Shown here one piece after another: positions 40,421-52,792 of a DNA stretch of 64,000 nucleotides; position 1 is the stretch's first letter; every line of letters begins with the position of its first letter. The notes below the pieces were generated by a model that searched no databases, had not been told where the DNA came from, and saw nothing but the letters and a program-made list of their open reading frames with translations. Origin of the DNA: the human T2T-CHM13v2.0 reference genome, Homo sapiens; NCBI RefSeq assembly GCF_009914755.1, contig NC_060944.1, one strand, 5' to 3'. Both the position numbers and the translations under genes were made by a program.

Positions 40421-42029
40421 CTTACTCCCTGTTCAGCAAAGGGCAGGAGCTGGGCCTGGCCAGGCTCCCACAAAGCCCAGGCGTGGCCGTGCTCAGCTCA
40501 CGGACGGGTGTGGGGGATGCGTTTCTGCCCTCAAAGGACTGAGCTCCAGTTTCTTTCTTCACTGAGTCCTTTACTCTCTGCCTGCGGGTGGTTATTTAAG
40601 ACATCTCCCGCCTGCAGGGGCCTCTTAGAGAACAAACAGATCGTTCCTTCAGCTGCAGTGCAGGCTTTACTGGGCTTGTTCCTGCATCAAGTAGACAGAT
40701 CCTTCCTGAATAGAGTCGCCCCACAGGCCCCACACCCAGAGAGGGGCAGCCAGGAGCCTCCGAGGCGGGCTCTGCCCAGCTCTGCCTTGAGCTCTGCCTG
40801 ACTGCAGAGAAGGAAAGTTCTCTTCTTGCAACCTCAAATCTTCCAGATAAGAACCAAACGACATCCGGCCTTTGCGTTCTCTCCACCAGCTCCCGGCTCA
40901 CCCACCCAGCAGCTCAGCACCTGCGAAATCCGTCTCCCGATGCACACTTGCTAACCGCGTGGGTGTGAGCACAACGATGGGAAACAGCGGAAGTCCCCGG
41001 AGTGCAGACTCAGGAGTGAACCTGCCTGAAGAGTGGCGTCTAACGCACACACTGTGGTCAGCTCCACCCCACTATGGGTCCCGGGAATAGGAGCAAGTAT
41101 GTATTTTGCTTGCAGGGCAGGTGTTTCATCCACATTATTGCAGGAACAGATGAATTTAATTAAAAGAACACCACAGTGGGCACCTCTTCCAGGGATGTCT
41201 CCCTCTAAGAACATGACACTGAGATGATCAAGGTTCTAAAAGGGCGATCAAATTACTCTCCGAAAATGAAACTGCTCAGACAGAATGACAATTAAATTAA
41301 TAACAACCAAGACAATGCCCAGATTTCATCTCCGCTCACAGCCCCTCCTGTGTGCTGTATGATCAGGTTCTTGGGGTGGCTCCAGATACAGCAAACAGTC
41401 AGGATTAATCCACAAGAGTGAGCTGTCAGCATGAGGTTCCCCTACAGTGGAGCTTGCCAAGGTCCGTGCCTCCCAGGGCACCCGTTCCAGGGCTAACAGA
41501 TGAAGCATGGAAATGCTGTGTGGAGTGAGCTAAGCAGCCGTTCTCAGGAGAAAACAGACAAATCCTCCTGCATCCTGGCAAACCAGCTTTGTGGCCTGTT
41601 TTATGTCATCTTTGCTGAGCTCCACCGGGTCACCCCTCCTGTTGGCTTTGTGATACTGACATTTCAGGCACTGGCACAGATACATTGGCCTTCCTGGCTG
41701 GGATTTCACGGACGGAGTGAGCAGTGCTGGCTTGGAGGAGCCGTGGCGGCACAGGGCCTGTGCTCTCAGCTGATCAACGCCTTGATAGCCAGGAAAGGCC
41801 TGTCCTACCCCAAAGGGCCCTCGCAGCACTGTTTGAAATTGCTCTTGCCATCTTTGGAATGGATTCCTCAGTACATTTCAGACTCGTTGTTGTGACTTTG
41901 GTTTTAATCCAGGGACACACCGTGGCCAGTGGAGTGTCTCAACAGCATCTATGATCGCTGTTTCCCAGAGACAGCATCTCAGATACCGATGCTGAAAGAG
42001 AAACAGCAGCCTGTCCCCAAGTGGCAGGA

Positions 42030-42370
42030 AATAGTCCATTTTAATGGCAATTTCATAAGTGGCAGATGATTTTTATTGTAATTTTCTGGTGAGCTGATTA
42101 AGTGGAGGCAGAGTCAGTTCTGAGGCGTCAATGTCTTTAACAATTCGGGGAGACGGAGGCCACGCTCAGCAGGAACACTGAGTCCATGGAAAACAGGCCC
42201 TGGGCCCGCTGATGTGCATAATTCCACGTTTGCCCCTCATGTAACCAGGATGGTAAATTACAGGTGTCAGATAATCACGCTCTGGAGTGGCTACTTGAGG
42301 ATGCGATCGACCAATTTAAGCTCCGTCTGACACATGATCAATAGCCCGTGATGCTGCATGGAATTGCAGG
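42030..42370. promoter_or_regulatory. Candidate conserved non-coding enhancer
   Basis: Repeat-free sequence with retained CpGs and dense TAAT/ATTA, TGATTAA, TGTCA/TGACA, CAGGTG and GATAA motifs; function is inferred. Confidence 0.45.
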
Positions 42371-42392
42371 CACAGTGTCCAAACCTGCAGAG

Positions 42393-42562
42393 CAGTGGCT
42401 CCCAGCTGGGGCAACTTTGCCCCCCAGAGGACATTTGGCAATGTCTGGATATGTTTGCAATTGTCACAACTAGGAAAGGAGGTACCCATAGGATACACAG
42501 GAAAGTCCTCACACAGTTGTATCCTGCCCAGACTGTCCGTAGAGCCAGGGTGAGATGCTCTG
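42393..42562 (+). mobile_element. MER20, internally deleted
   Basis: cagtgg...tttgccccccagaggacatttggcaatgtctgga...ttgtcacaact. Confidence 0.88.
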
Positions 42563-42981
42563 ACAGAGCCACAGTGAACATTGCATTCCATCATCTGGGT
42601 ATCTCCAGGAATGTATGTAGCTGGATGTCTGGCTTTTCATCTGGGTTTCACGAGCCTCCTGCAGAACTGAAACCATGTGCAAATCAGTTCTCATACTTGC
42701 TCTCCTGCCTCCTTCCTATTGTAATTTTTTCTTCCCACCTTTTTTATTGTTACTAGAGAAATGATGAAGAAAAAGAATAGGCTGGAGAGTCACTCAAAAT
42801 TTTGTTTTCCTCAATTAAAAAGAAGTAATTTAGAAGTTACTCAATGATGTTTTCTTTAATTAAAAAAAAAAGTAGTTTGGGAAAGCAGAAAATTAATGAA
42901 GACAGAAAACACAGGTTTCATGAAAAAGTTCAGCATCCCAGGAAAGGAGCAAAGAGAAGTCTGCAGATGAGAGTTGCTCAG

Positions 42982-43599
42982 TGTCAGGACTCAGAAAACA
43001 ATACCCCAAGATAATGTTCAAACCTGAGTGCTTTGAACAAAGGATATTGAAAGACCTCAGAAGAGGGCCTCAGAACTCACATGTCTCTCTGACCTTCTCC
43101 TGTCTCTCCTTCACTTCCAAAGCATGATCTTTGGCCAGGGGATCTCTCTGGGATTCCCTTATCTGCCTGAGGGATGTACTTCCAAAAGAAATGTGACTGG
43201 CATGACCTCCTCCCTAGGAATCTCTTCAAACAGCCGGGAAAGACTGGTCACCTGAGAGGAGATTGGAAGTCCTCACTGCACTCAGAAAGGCTGTTGTCCA
43301 TTCTTCTAGAGACTTTATCTGAATAACAAGGCAACTTTTGTTTACCATTCAGTTCCTCCCCTTTCCTTTCTAACTTGTCACCACCTCCCCCAAAAGCCTC
43401 AAGCCTCCACTCCTACAAGCTATAAAGACTTCAACCATCTGGCTTCTCCATGAGTCTCATGTTTTGTGTGGCTCTTAGGCATATGTGCATGGTAATACAT
43501 GTGTATGCCTTTCCTCCGGGTAATCTGTTTATTGTCAGTTTAAAGCAGCCACAGAGTTAAAGACGGAAGCCTTCAGAAGGCTTTCCCTTTGCCCCTGCA
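42982..43599 (+). mobile_element. ERV1 solo LTR (MER34/MER39 group)
   Basis: tgtcaggactcagaaaacaataccccaa...tctctctgaccttctcctg...ctataaa...taatctgtttattgtcagttt...cccctgca. Confidence 0.75.
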
Positions 43600-43721
43600 T
43601 CCATCACCTGAGAGCCCACCCATGACAGACTTGAACTATGGACAGAGGCTGCAGTCAATAGAGCCCAGGGTGAGACTGACTACAGGAGAAGCTGGGCCTT
43701 GGGGGATAAGCCCAAGCTTCT

Positions 43722-43980
43722 CAATTCTCAAACTGCAGGTTAAGCCTCTATAATGGAGCCTGAATTCCATTCAGTGAGTCTTGACCAGCATTTTAAAATG
43801 TGAAATAACAGAACTCAGTAGAAAATATCAAAGGGCATTACTTATAGTGAGGTAAGAATATTCTGCGAAATTTTAGTTTTATATTGAGTGTGTGTGTGTG
43901 TGTGTGCACGCGCACGCCAGGCCTTGTTGTAAAATATACTTCTTATAATGGGTTGTGTTCAAAACAGCTTGTAAAATATG
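43722..43980 (+). mobile_element. hAT-Charlie MITE (MER112-like), copy 1
   Basis: ttctcaaactg...gtcttgaccagcattttaaaatg...agaaaatatca...gtaaaatatacttctta. Confidence 0.6.
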
Positions 43981-45229
43981 GGAGCAGATGAAATGATGGA
44001 GGATTTGGTAAGAACTAAATATTTGTAAGCAAATTTTGCAGTGAAAAGAACAAGGAAATTATTAATTCAAGAGAAATCAAAAGTAGTATAAGAAAGAAAA
44101 TGCAACCATATTGCCATACTTGGCTCTGCTGTAAATAACATCTACTTGGCCACATGACATAAATGCTGATTATGATGATGTCATTGAAAACGGTAATTTA
44201 GCCATGCAGGAGGCTGTGAGTTATGGTGGCAAGTGGAGGAAGAGAGCTAATCCCTCCTCTGGGGGCCGGCATTGAGAGATCACAGAGCAACTTGAATCCC
44301 CGTGAAGCACTTGCTCTTACAAGATTTGGAAGAAACTTGCACAAACAGTAAAGTGTCTTTACTTGTGGATGTCTCTGGGAAAAGATGGGCAGGGAACAGA
44401 AAGATTCAACGGTGTTTGATTTGGTGACCATATATCTCTTTAATTTAAAAAGGGATCATTCAGGACCAGTGAGGCCATGGTGGTGTTCATTGGAAAGAGC
44501 CCAGGGACCCAGGTGGCTCTTGGCTCCATCACCTAGAACCCCATGCCCTTGAACGAGTCCCTCTCCAGCTTTTGACACCAGTTGGCCAACCTCTAAAACA
44601 AAGAGGCCAGGCCAAATTATTTTGACTTGTCCTTGGAGCCCTGTGAGTCTGTCTCACCACGGAGTGACTTGGGAGTCTGGGTACCACCCACCCTGACTCC
44701 ATGTCAAATACCGTGCACATCTCAAGCACAGTGCCTGGCTCAGCACAGGCAGCAGGAAAGCTGTGTGGGTGTGCATCAGGGTTGGTGGACACAGTAGACA
44801 GCCTTTGCTCTCCCAAGATGGGGGAGGTCCGGTACCATGACTTAGGGAACTGCTGGTTCCTAACCAACCCCCCCACCCACCCCGGACAGTAGTGCAGAAA
44901 GGATGCTTTCCTAATCAGCTAATTTTCACAAAATGTGGGATGCCCTGGTGGGATCCCGTGGTAGGAGAGTAGATGACTTCCAGGAGCACATAGAGGGGGC
45001 AGAGGCTGCGGGCTGACCCTTGATACCCCTCATCCCCTTCATTTAACATTAGAAATCCCAAAGTTTAGTTGCCTGGACCGGAACTGAATTTCCCATCCTG
45101 CCTTGCAGCTGGTGTGTACCTTCCCAGTGTACCCTTAAATGCATGAGTACGCCCCACTTACCCTTTTCCTCTTCCCTCCTGCCTGATGTGACTTGCACCT
45201 CCTTGGACCAGGTGGACAAGAAAAGCCTC

Positions 45230-46400
45230 CGTCAATGACAGAGCCCAAGATGGGCAGGTCGAGGATCAGCCCCGGGAGCCGCCCAACTAGCTCGCCCCTC
45301 GCCCCCGCCCCCCAGCCCCCACAATCCCCCGATGGCGAGGCTGTCATGTGGGAGAAAAGCAAACCTCTGGTTCATGAAATTGCAGGTATTTGGAGCCTCT
45401 GCACAAGCTAGTGAACTTGTATATCAATAAGTAGGGGGAGTACATTTTTTATTTCAATAGTTATTCACTTTAATGTGTATTAGAAAAAAAATTCCAACTT
45501 ATTAATCAAACCTGTGATTTCATTATGGCGACAGAGGACGTTAAAGTAGGTAACACATTTTTTACTTTTACCATGAGTAAAAATGTGAGCCGGTTTAGTT
45601 TAAAAGAAAACGCCAGAAAACAGCATGGGCATGACAAGGGTTTGGCAACAATCACGATCATCCTGGAGTGACTGAAGCTCGTCCACTTGGGACAGGTGAC
45701 CATGTGGGGGACTCTGGAGCAGCAAAGCAGTCAGGGTGAGGGGTCAGAGGCACCAAACTTCCTCTTAGAAAAACACGAGGGAACCGACGAACCCATGTCC
45801 AGGGAATGCTGAGGACGCTCTTGACTGTAGGGGGACCGAGCACAAAGCCCCCGTCGCCGCCCGGCGGACCCGAGCTCCTGGACTCAGCCTTGACCGACAC
45901 TGACTCTGTTCCCACAGCGGCCGCTTTGTTCGTCTCCTTTGTGGACACTTAGCTCAGCGCCTGTGCTGCTCGGCTGTGACCTGACCTTCGAGGGTCACCT
46001 CCTGAATTCAATCGCTGTGACCTGTGCTGCGGACCCCGTCAGGAAGCTCCTGGTCTCCTCCAGTCCCTCCCCCGCCTCATTCGCACAAAAGGCCTCATTG
46101 TTCTGCAGGGTCTGATTCAGACCTGCCCTGGTTTCAGTTTCGGCAAACACCCAGCACTGGCTTTGGGTCAGGGGTCACTCTGGAGTGAACGGGGCGCCCT
46201 GAGCAACCCCACATCGCTGTGTGATCCCGGCTCATCCACAGGAAGCCCCGGCCCAGGGACCCAAATGGGTCCCAGAAGTGGACCAGATGCAGCGCCGACG
46301 GTGATGTGGGGACGCCGGCATCTCCAACAGTGGGAAAGAGGAAACTTTCTACTTTTCATTAAGCCCCGTCCTCTTCTCCCCCAGGGTTACGGGGACACAA
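45230..46400. promoter_or_regulatory. CpG-enriched, GC-box-containing segment (weak CpG island or enhancer candidate)
   Basis: cccctcgcccccgccccc at about 45296-45312; CpG cluster ccgtcgccgcccggcggacccg and gcggccgc at 45850-45930. Confidence 0.4.
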
Positions 46401-46489
46401 TGTCTTCACTGGCCATGTTGGAACGTTCTGGGGTGTGAAGGGAACGTCCCCAAGAGCAGTGACTTGACCTTCGCTTTGGCTGAGATTTG

Positions 46490-46700
46490 AAATTCTCTTC
46501 TTACCGATCTTTAAATCTGTACACGCAGGAGTCTGTTTTATATCCAGCCGTCCCTGTGACCTCGGGCGAGTTCCTTACCTTGTGTTTCCTCATCTGTAAA
46601 GTGGGAATAATGACCGCACGGCCTCGTGTGCTTGTCAGAACAAAATCAGACAATGCACGAAGACCCGTTGGCCCGGAAAGCTGCAGCTGGGCCCTGACGA
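46490..46700 (+). mobile_element. MIR SINE
   Basis: ctgtgacctcgggcgagtt...tgtttcctcatctgtaaagtgggaataatgac. Confidence 0.8.
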
Positions 46701-48164
46701 TGCCACGCTGTCCATCTGGGGAGGGGAAGTTCATTGCTAATTCGACTCAAAGGAGAAAAATGCATGTCCCCCTGAGCTGAAAGAAGGAACGAAGCCAAGT
46801 CCACCAGGCCACCGGGTCTCCTTAGGCTGAGGAAATGGACAAGGAGGGCAACATGGAAACTGCAGAGAGCAGCAAAGCCCTTCACTACTGCTGCCCGAAC
46901 CCTGCAGCGGCTCCTACAGCCACCACAGGTCACTGGGCCAGAAGCAAGTTAGGGAACAGCCACATCACCATTCAGGGAAGCCGCTCCCAGGCGCTGATCC
47001 CCGGAATGGTGGATTTGCTAACAGCAGCCACACAGACACCTCACCTCACGCCAGGCTGCTGAGCTCAGCGGGGGGCACGATTGCCCAAGCAGGGGTGGGG
47101 CAGGGCAAGGCAGACCCAGTCACATGGTGGGAAAAGCCAAAAAAAACCTGCCTGATTTGGTAAAATGCCAGAACTGGGCATTTTAAAGTTAGTTTTTAAG
47201 GCGTAGCCATTTGTTGGGGGTTTTTTTGCCTTGTACTCTCCTGTCTCCCTCCTCGCCACACAATAAACTGTCTCCAAGGCAGCCGCCCTCCCGTTGCCAG
47301 GACGTGCGAGGCAGGGAGGTCAGGAGCTCTGCTGTGAGGGCGCCACCCGGCTTCCGGTTTGTGCATGAAAACCCGGCTCAGCTTTTCCGTTCCATGAAGA
47401 CTGGGCTTCTCCAGGCTGCTCGGTAAATAATCACGGATTCCACTGGGAAGAGAAAACATCCCCACAGCCCCTTCTCCATTGTGCACCCAACCTCCAGGTG
47501 TTTTCAGTCTCTCAAAGAGCCCCGACGCCTGAAATTTAACAACTAAAACCTTATTTTTCATTTCCTGAGATTCTCTTGGTGGAATCAGGCAGCCTGGCAG
47601 TGCGCAGCACCTAGGGTGGCTCATGATGAAAAATCCAGAGGGGACTTTGCCTTCCTGCATGTCCTTTTGTCACCAGAACCCGGGGACCAGCAGGACCCAA
47701 AGCTCCCTGCGGGATCAGCTGGGTCTGGGAATCACTGTCCTGGGCCCATTTGGACTTTTCGGATGAGGCCGGTGTTTGGCCAGCACCTGGGCTGGGCAGG
47801 TGGGAAGGACAGAGGCGCTGATGGAGAGAGGGAGGGGAAGGGGATTCACAGCCGTCCTGGGAGCCCCACGGGTGCCTTTGGCCTCTGGCTCCTCTGCCTG
47901 CCCCTCAGGCTGGTTAAATTCCCCCCTGAAAGTTCCCCATTGGGCAAGTCCAGCAAGCCTGAGCCAGGCCTGTGATCTCAGGGTGGGTGGAGCTCTAGAA
48001 GGCCTGGCCCTCGCTCCTGGAGTCCACGTTCACCCTCAAGGCAGTGAACGGCACCCCACTGCGCATCTACTCACTAACCAGGCACGGGATGGTTTCCATG
48101 GTTCCTGTGTCTTAGACCAGCTCGCTCATGGTGACATGGGACACGCTGAGACCCCACCATGGTG

Positions 48165-48355
48165 CAGAGTGACATTAATGCATTAAATTAGCAGCCTCTG
48201 CAACACAAACACATTTGCATGTGGAGCCTGTGACGTTCTTTGGTAAAAGGAATCCTTACATGTTTGCAAACATTACACTCGCTGAGGAAGGGCCTCGGGC
48301 TCTGACAAATGATAAATGGGAAAATTAGACGCTTCAGGAAAATGCAAATATCATC
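48165..48355. promoter_or_regulatory. Candidate POU/homeodomain enhancer module
   Basis: ATTTGCAT 48213-48220, ATGCAAAT 48342-48349, and the palindromes TTAATGCATTAA and ATGTTTGCAAACAT. Confidence 0.45.
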
Positions 48356-48829
48356 CTTCGTAAGTCTGTCCGTTGGCAGGAAATTTAAAAAAAAAAAAAG
48401 GTTTCCCCAAAGCAGTGAGGCATTACTTCTCCTCTTTTAAATGCCAGGAAGAAGGGCTGTGATTCTTTTAGGCACTTGCATGGATCTTGATTTCTCTTCC
48501 ACAGTCTCCCCAACGCCCTGGCAATGTGTAGGGGAGAAGCCTGTGATTTCAGCAGACTGTCCTCTAATTCAGCGTTTCTCAAGCTTTATTTCATAATCAC
48601 CCCCTAAGGAATCTTTATAGGCAATTTTTTCTTACTTGCCCCCCTATGAATTTTAATACTACATAATTACTGCAGAATGGTTTATGCACTGTGTGGACAT
48701 CTACATTTTTACATAAAGACAAAAATCTTTTCACCTCTGGGAGCCAGCTCTGGCCCCCATGGGAGCAGTATTCTCCGCTAAGAAGGCCTGCTCCCATTCC
48801 TTCTTTTGTTGATTTTGGGAGGAGGTGCA

Positions 48830-49330
48830 GGAGCTGCCTGGGGCCTTGGGGCAGAGCGATTCGGGAGAGGGGACAGAGAGGACAGAGTCCGGAGAGGGGA
48901 GGGGAGGGATGAGGCCGAGGAGCAGCCAGGAGCCCCGTGTGGCTGGGGCCAGGGGGAGTTGAGGGTAGAGGAGTGATGGGTGACTACAGGGCAGGGGCCG
49001 GGGGTGGGGGGCGGAGATGGATCATCTCAGGCCTTAGGGGACCCTGTGAGGACTTCAGCTTTTACTCTGAGGGAAGTGGGAGCCATTAGAGGGTTTCAGC
49101 AGAGACAGGACATGGTCTGGTTTATTTTTTAATGGATGATCTGTGTGAGGACAGGTTGGGGTTGTGGGGTCAGAGCTGGAGAAGGAGGCCAGCGGGGTCT
49201 ACTGCAATGGTCCAAGCAGGAGATGATGGTGGCTTGGACCAGAGGGTAGCTGTGAGGGAGGTGGGAAGTGGCCGTATCCTTGATCTGTTTTGGAGGTAGA
49301 GCACTGGCACGGTTTGCTAAGAAGGGTATC
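48830..49330 (-). mobile_element. L2 LINE fragment
   Basis: gtgaggacttcagcttttactctgag...gggagccattagagggttt...gagatgatggtggcttggaccag. Confidence 0.78.
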
Positions 49331-50384
49331 ACCCCAGAGCTGTCAAAGGCTCATCAGGTACCCCCTCTTTTACTGGTATTAACTTCTTATCCTCCCAATG
49401 AGGCTATGAGGCAGTTATGCATTCTCTTAATGGGAGACTGAGACACAGAAAGGCTAAATACAGTCCTCAGAGATTACACTACCAAGAGTCAGAGTCAGGG
49501 TTTGAACTTGGGCAGAGGCTACACTCATGACCACCCTGCTGTGATACTTGGGTTATTTGGGATATAAAAGTGTAAACTGGAGTGCTGGCTACCTCCTGGT
49601 CAGTCTCTCTGCAGTAGCCATTGCTTTACAGAGTAGCCGCAAGCTTTCTCAAATACCGCTGCCTTAATCCTTGGCCAGCCCCTGAATCTCACCATTTCCT
49701 CCACCAAGCTGCAGCCCCTTTCATCTGCGACACCAGTGCTCTGGGATCCCTGCCTAAGAACTCGGTCTGCCTTACCCAGCTAAACACTCCAACCAGGTCC
49801 TTGGAGCTAAGAAAAGTCAAAAGCCTGGATCTTAGCAGTGATCATCAAAATAGTAACAAATATAGTAAAATAAATTTTAAAATTTATTTGCTTTCATTTT
49901 CTAAGCAAACTAAACTCTGATAAGATACTTCTTAACTAAGAAAGATATAAGCTGTGGCACAAATCACTCATCCAATTTGTCACTAATTTGTCGGTTGTCT
50001 GTCGGTTTTTAAACATTGGTGGTATAATGTGTTGTTTGGCACAGCCGCCACTAGCTAAGCAATGCTCCTATCTGAAACTAATGGATGAGGGAGCCACAGC
50101 CACCTCTTCCAACCACCTCTTGATTAAATGAATGGTCATTAGGTCCCTGGCACCGAGGAGTCATTACAGACAAGGACAGGTGGCTATGCCACCAGCACAT
50201 CACAGCCAAGTGCACCCTGGAGTCCCACCTTCCCACAAGACCCCCACCGAAGAGCTCACCCTCCCCTTGGCCCTGCTGACAACAAGCAGTGGCAACCCTC
50301 AGGCTCCCTCCCCCCTCATGCAAATATCCAGGCTCTGCAGTAGCAAAATGCAGACAAATTCTCTTTCTCTACCCCAGTTCGGTA

Positions 50385-51008
50385 CAACCTATTGTTGTTA
50401 CTCATGGTAGATATGTTCTATAAAGTCACGCAAACACTGAATTGGCAAATACTAAGCCATTGCTCCTTCAGGGTTAGGTCCCCATGAGCCTGTGGTCACA
50501 ATATTTTCATCTACTGATCAATACATAACCTTGTTTTATGTGTGTTTCTGTTTAAAGGCACTTTATTTAATAGATGTTGTTTCATTAACATTGAACTCAC
50601 GGCCAACAGTGCTACAACCCATGACTGAGCCAAGTTTATCCAACCCACGTTTCTCCCACCCGAGCCTTCCCACCCTTTGGAACACCAGACGGCACTCCAG
50701 CACTACTCTTGGGGGCCATTTTAGAAAGCAAAATCACCCCAAAAAAAAGCACAAAAATGCCAAAAAACATGGCACTAAATATACCATGAAAAGATGCTCG
50801 TTTAGTTTAAAAGCTAAAGCAAGGCAGAGCACTGCCTTGTTCAACCTCAGCATGTTCTGCGCTTCCAGCAGCTCAAATATTCTCTGCTCTGCTTCTGTTT
50901 GCAAATGACCACAAAAACCTGCCAAGTATTGATTTTGAGGTTACAAATCAATTTTAGCAAGCAGGCAAATTTACAAATATGGAATCTGTGAATATTGAGG
51001 ATGGACTG
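50385..51008 (+). mobile_element. MER82 (TcMar-Tigger)
   Basis: atgttctataaagtc...gatcaatacataaccttgttttatgtgtgtttctg...gaatattgaggatggactg, flanked by TA on both sides. Confidence 0.88.
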
Positions 51009-51206
51009 TATTTCACTAAGGTACTGGTGCATCCTAGCTGTGTTTCAGTCCTACCAAAGATACATTTTTCCCAAGGTGCTGCCTATAAAGCTGCCAGCTA
51101 GCCTCTAGCTTTGCCCCCACACCTGGTGGTGGTCTGTACTTCCTGTCTTCACCTTGTCCCTTCCTACTTGAGACTTACTGGTATCTCCTCCAGGTGGTCA
51201 CCCCTT

Positions 51207-51725
51207 TGATATAATTCGGATGTTTGTCCCCTCCAAATCTTGTGTTGCAATGTTATTCCCAATGTTGGAGGTGGGGCCTGATAGGAGACGTTTGGGTGAT
51301 GGGGGTGGATCACTCATGAACGTCTTGGTGCCATCCTCATCCTCATGGTAATGAGTGAGTTCTCACTCACTATGTTAGTCCCCCTGAGAACTGATTGTTA
51401 AAAAGAGCCTGGCGCCTCCCGCCCCTCCCCTTCTCTCTTGCTCACTCTCTCACCAAGTGGCTTGCCAGCTCCCCTTGCCTTCCACCATGAGTGAAAGCTT
51501 CTGTGGCCCTCACCAAAAGCCAAGCAGATGCTGGCACCATGCTTCTTATACAGCCTACAGGACCATGAGCCAAGTAAAGCTCTTTTCTTTATAAATTATT
51601 AGATTGGTGCAAAAGGAATTGTGCTTTTGACATTAAAATTAATGGCAAAGACTGCAATTACTTTTGCACCAACCTAATACCCAGTTTTGGGTATTCCTTT
51701 ATAGCAATGCAAGTGGACTAAGACA
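51207..51725 (+). mobile_element. MSTB-like MaLR solo LTR
   Basis: tgatata...tttgtcccctccaaatct start, ggactaagaca end, perfect 5-bp TSD ccctt. Confidence 0.92.
51599..51677. mobile_element. MADE1 (Hsmar1-derived MITE) nested in the MST LTR
   Basis: Palindromic ttagattggtgcaaaag...cttttgcaccaacctaa with TA TSD. Confidence 0.93.
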
Positions 51726-52183
51726 CCCTTCTATGATGAGCCCCTCTATCCCCACCACTTTGTACCCCATGTAAGGCTTAGTTAAGATGCCTCTTGTCAC
51801 GCTGACCCCATGCCTCTCTTTCACTGTGTCCTTCTCATTGTGCGGCCCCTGATGGATTTCCCATTGGTCCCACACTGGACCGTGGGTCCAGGAAAGCAAA
51901 ATCTACGCGTCCCCAGTTTCTTGCATGCTTCTGATGCTCCATAAATGACTCATAAATACTGAGTGAACAAATGAATGAATTCATCCTAAACAGTTTCATC
52001 TGTATTTGGAATATCTGCAATACTACAAATAGTCACCCATTAGGAGATTCATGGGTGGGTCTTGACCACCATTTACAAATGAAATAGACTAAAGAAAATG
52101 TAAAATATGAAATGCATTGTACAAAGTAAGAGTATTATCTCTTGAAATGTTAGTTCTATATAACTATGTTCTGGGTCACTAGG

Positions 52184-52625
52184 TGTGATGGTTAATTTTG
52201 TATTAACTTGACTGAGTCATTGGGTGCCCAGAGATTTGGTTAAACATTATTTCTGGATGTGTCTGTGAGGTTGTTTCTGGATGAGATTAGCATTTGAATC
52301 TGTAGACTGAGTAAAGTAGTCTGTTCTCCCCAATGTGAGTGGGCCTCGTCAAATTCACTGAAGGCCTGAATAGAGTAAAAGGCTGAGTAAGAGAGAATTC
52401 TTCGTCTTTGCATGACTGTCTCTGAGATGCAACATTGGCCTTCTTCTGTCTTCAGACTCAGATTCAGACTGGAACTCACACGTTAGCTTTCCTGGTTCTC
52501 ACACCTTTGGACCTGGGCTAGAACTTACACTGCCAGCTCTCCTCACTCTCTAGCTCATCACCTGCAGATATTGGATTTCTTGAGCTCCATTATCACATGA
52601 ACCAATTCTTTATAGTAAATATCTT

Positions 52626-52704
<79 letters not shown>

Positions 52705-52792
52705 GACACATACATAAATGGATATGTATAAACTAATGGGATACCTTATTATACATAATAATAGGATATATATATATATATACAATTGGTTT
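52184..52792 (+). mobile_element. MLT2D-like ERVL LTR
   Basis: tgtgatggttaatttt...aacttgactg...ggtgcccaga...ttggttaaacattatttctgg...gattagcatttgaatc. Confidence 0.88.
52626..52782. repeat. Compound (CT)n(TA)n(CA)n microsatellite inside the MLT2 LTR
   Basis: Directly visible. Confidence 0.95.
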
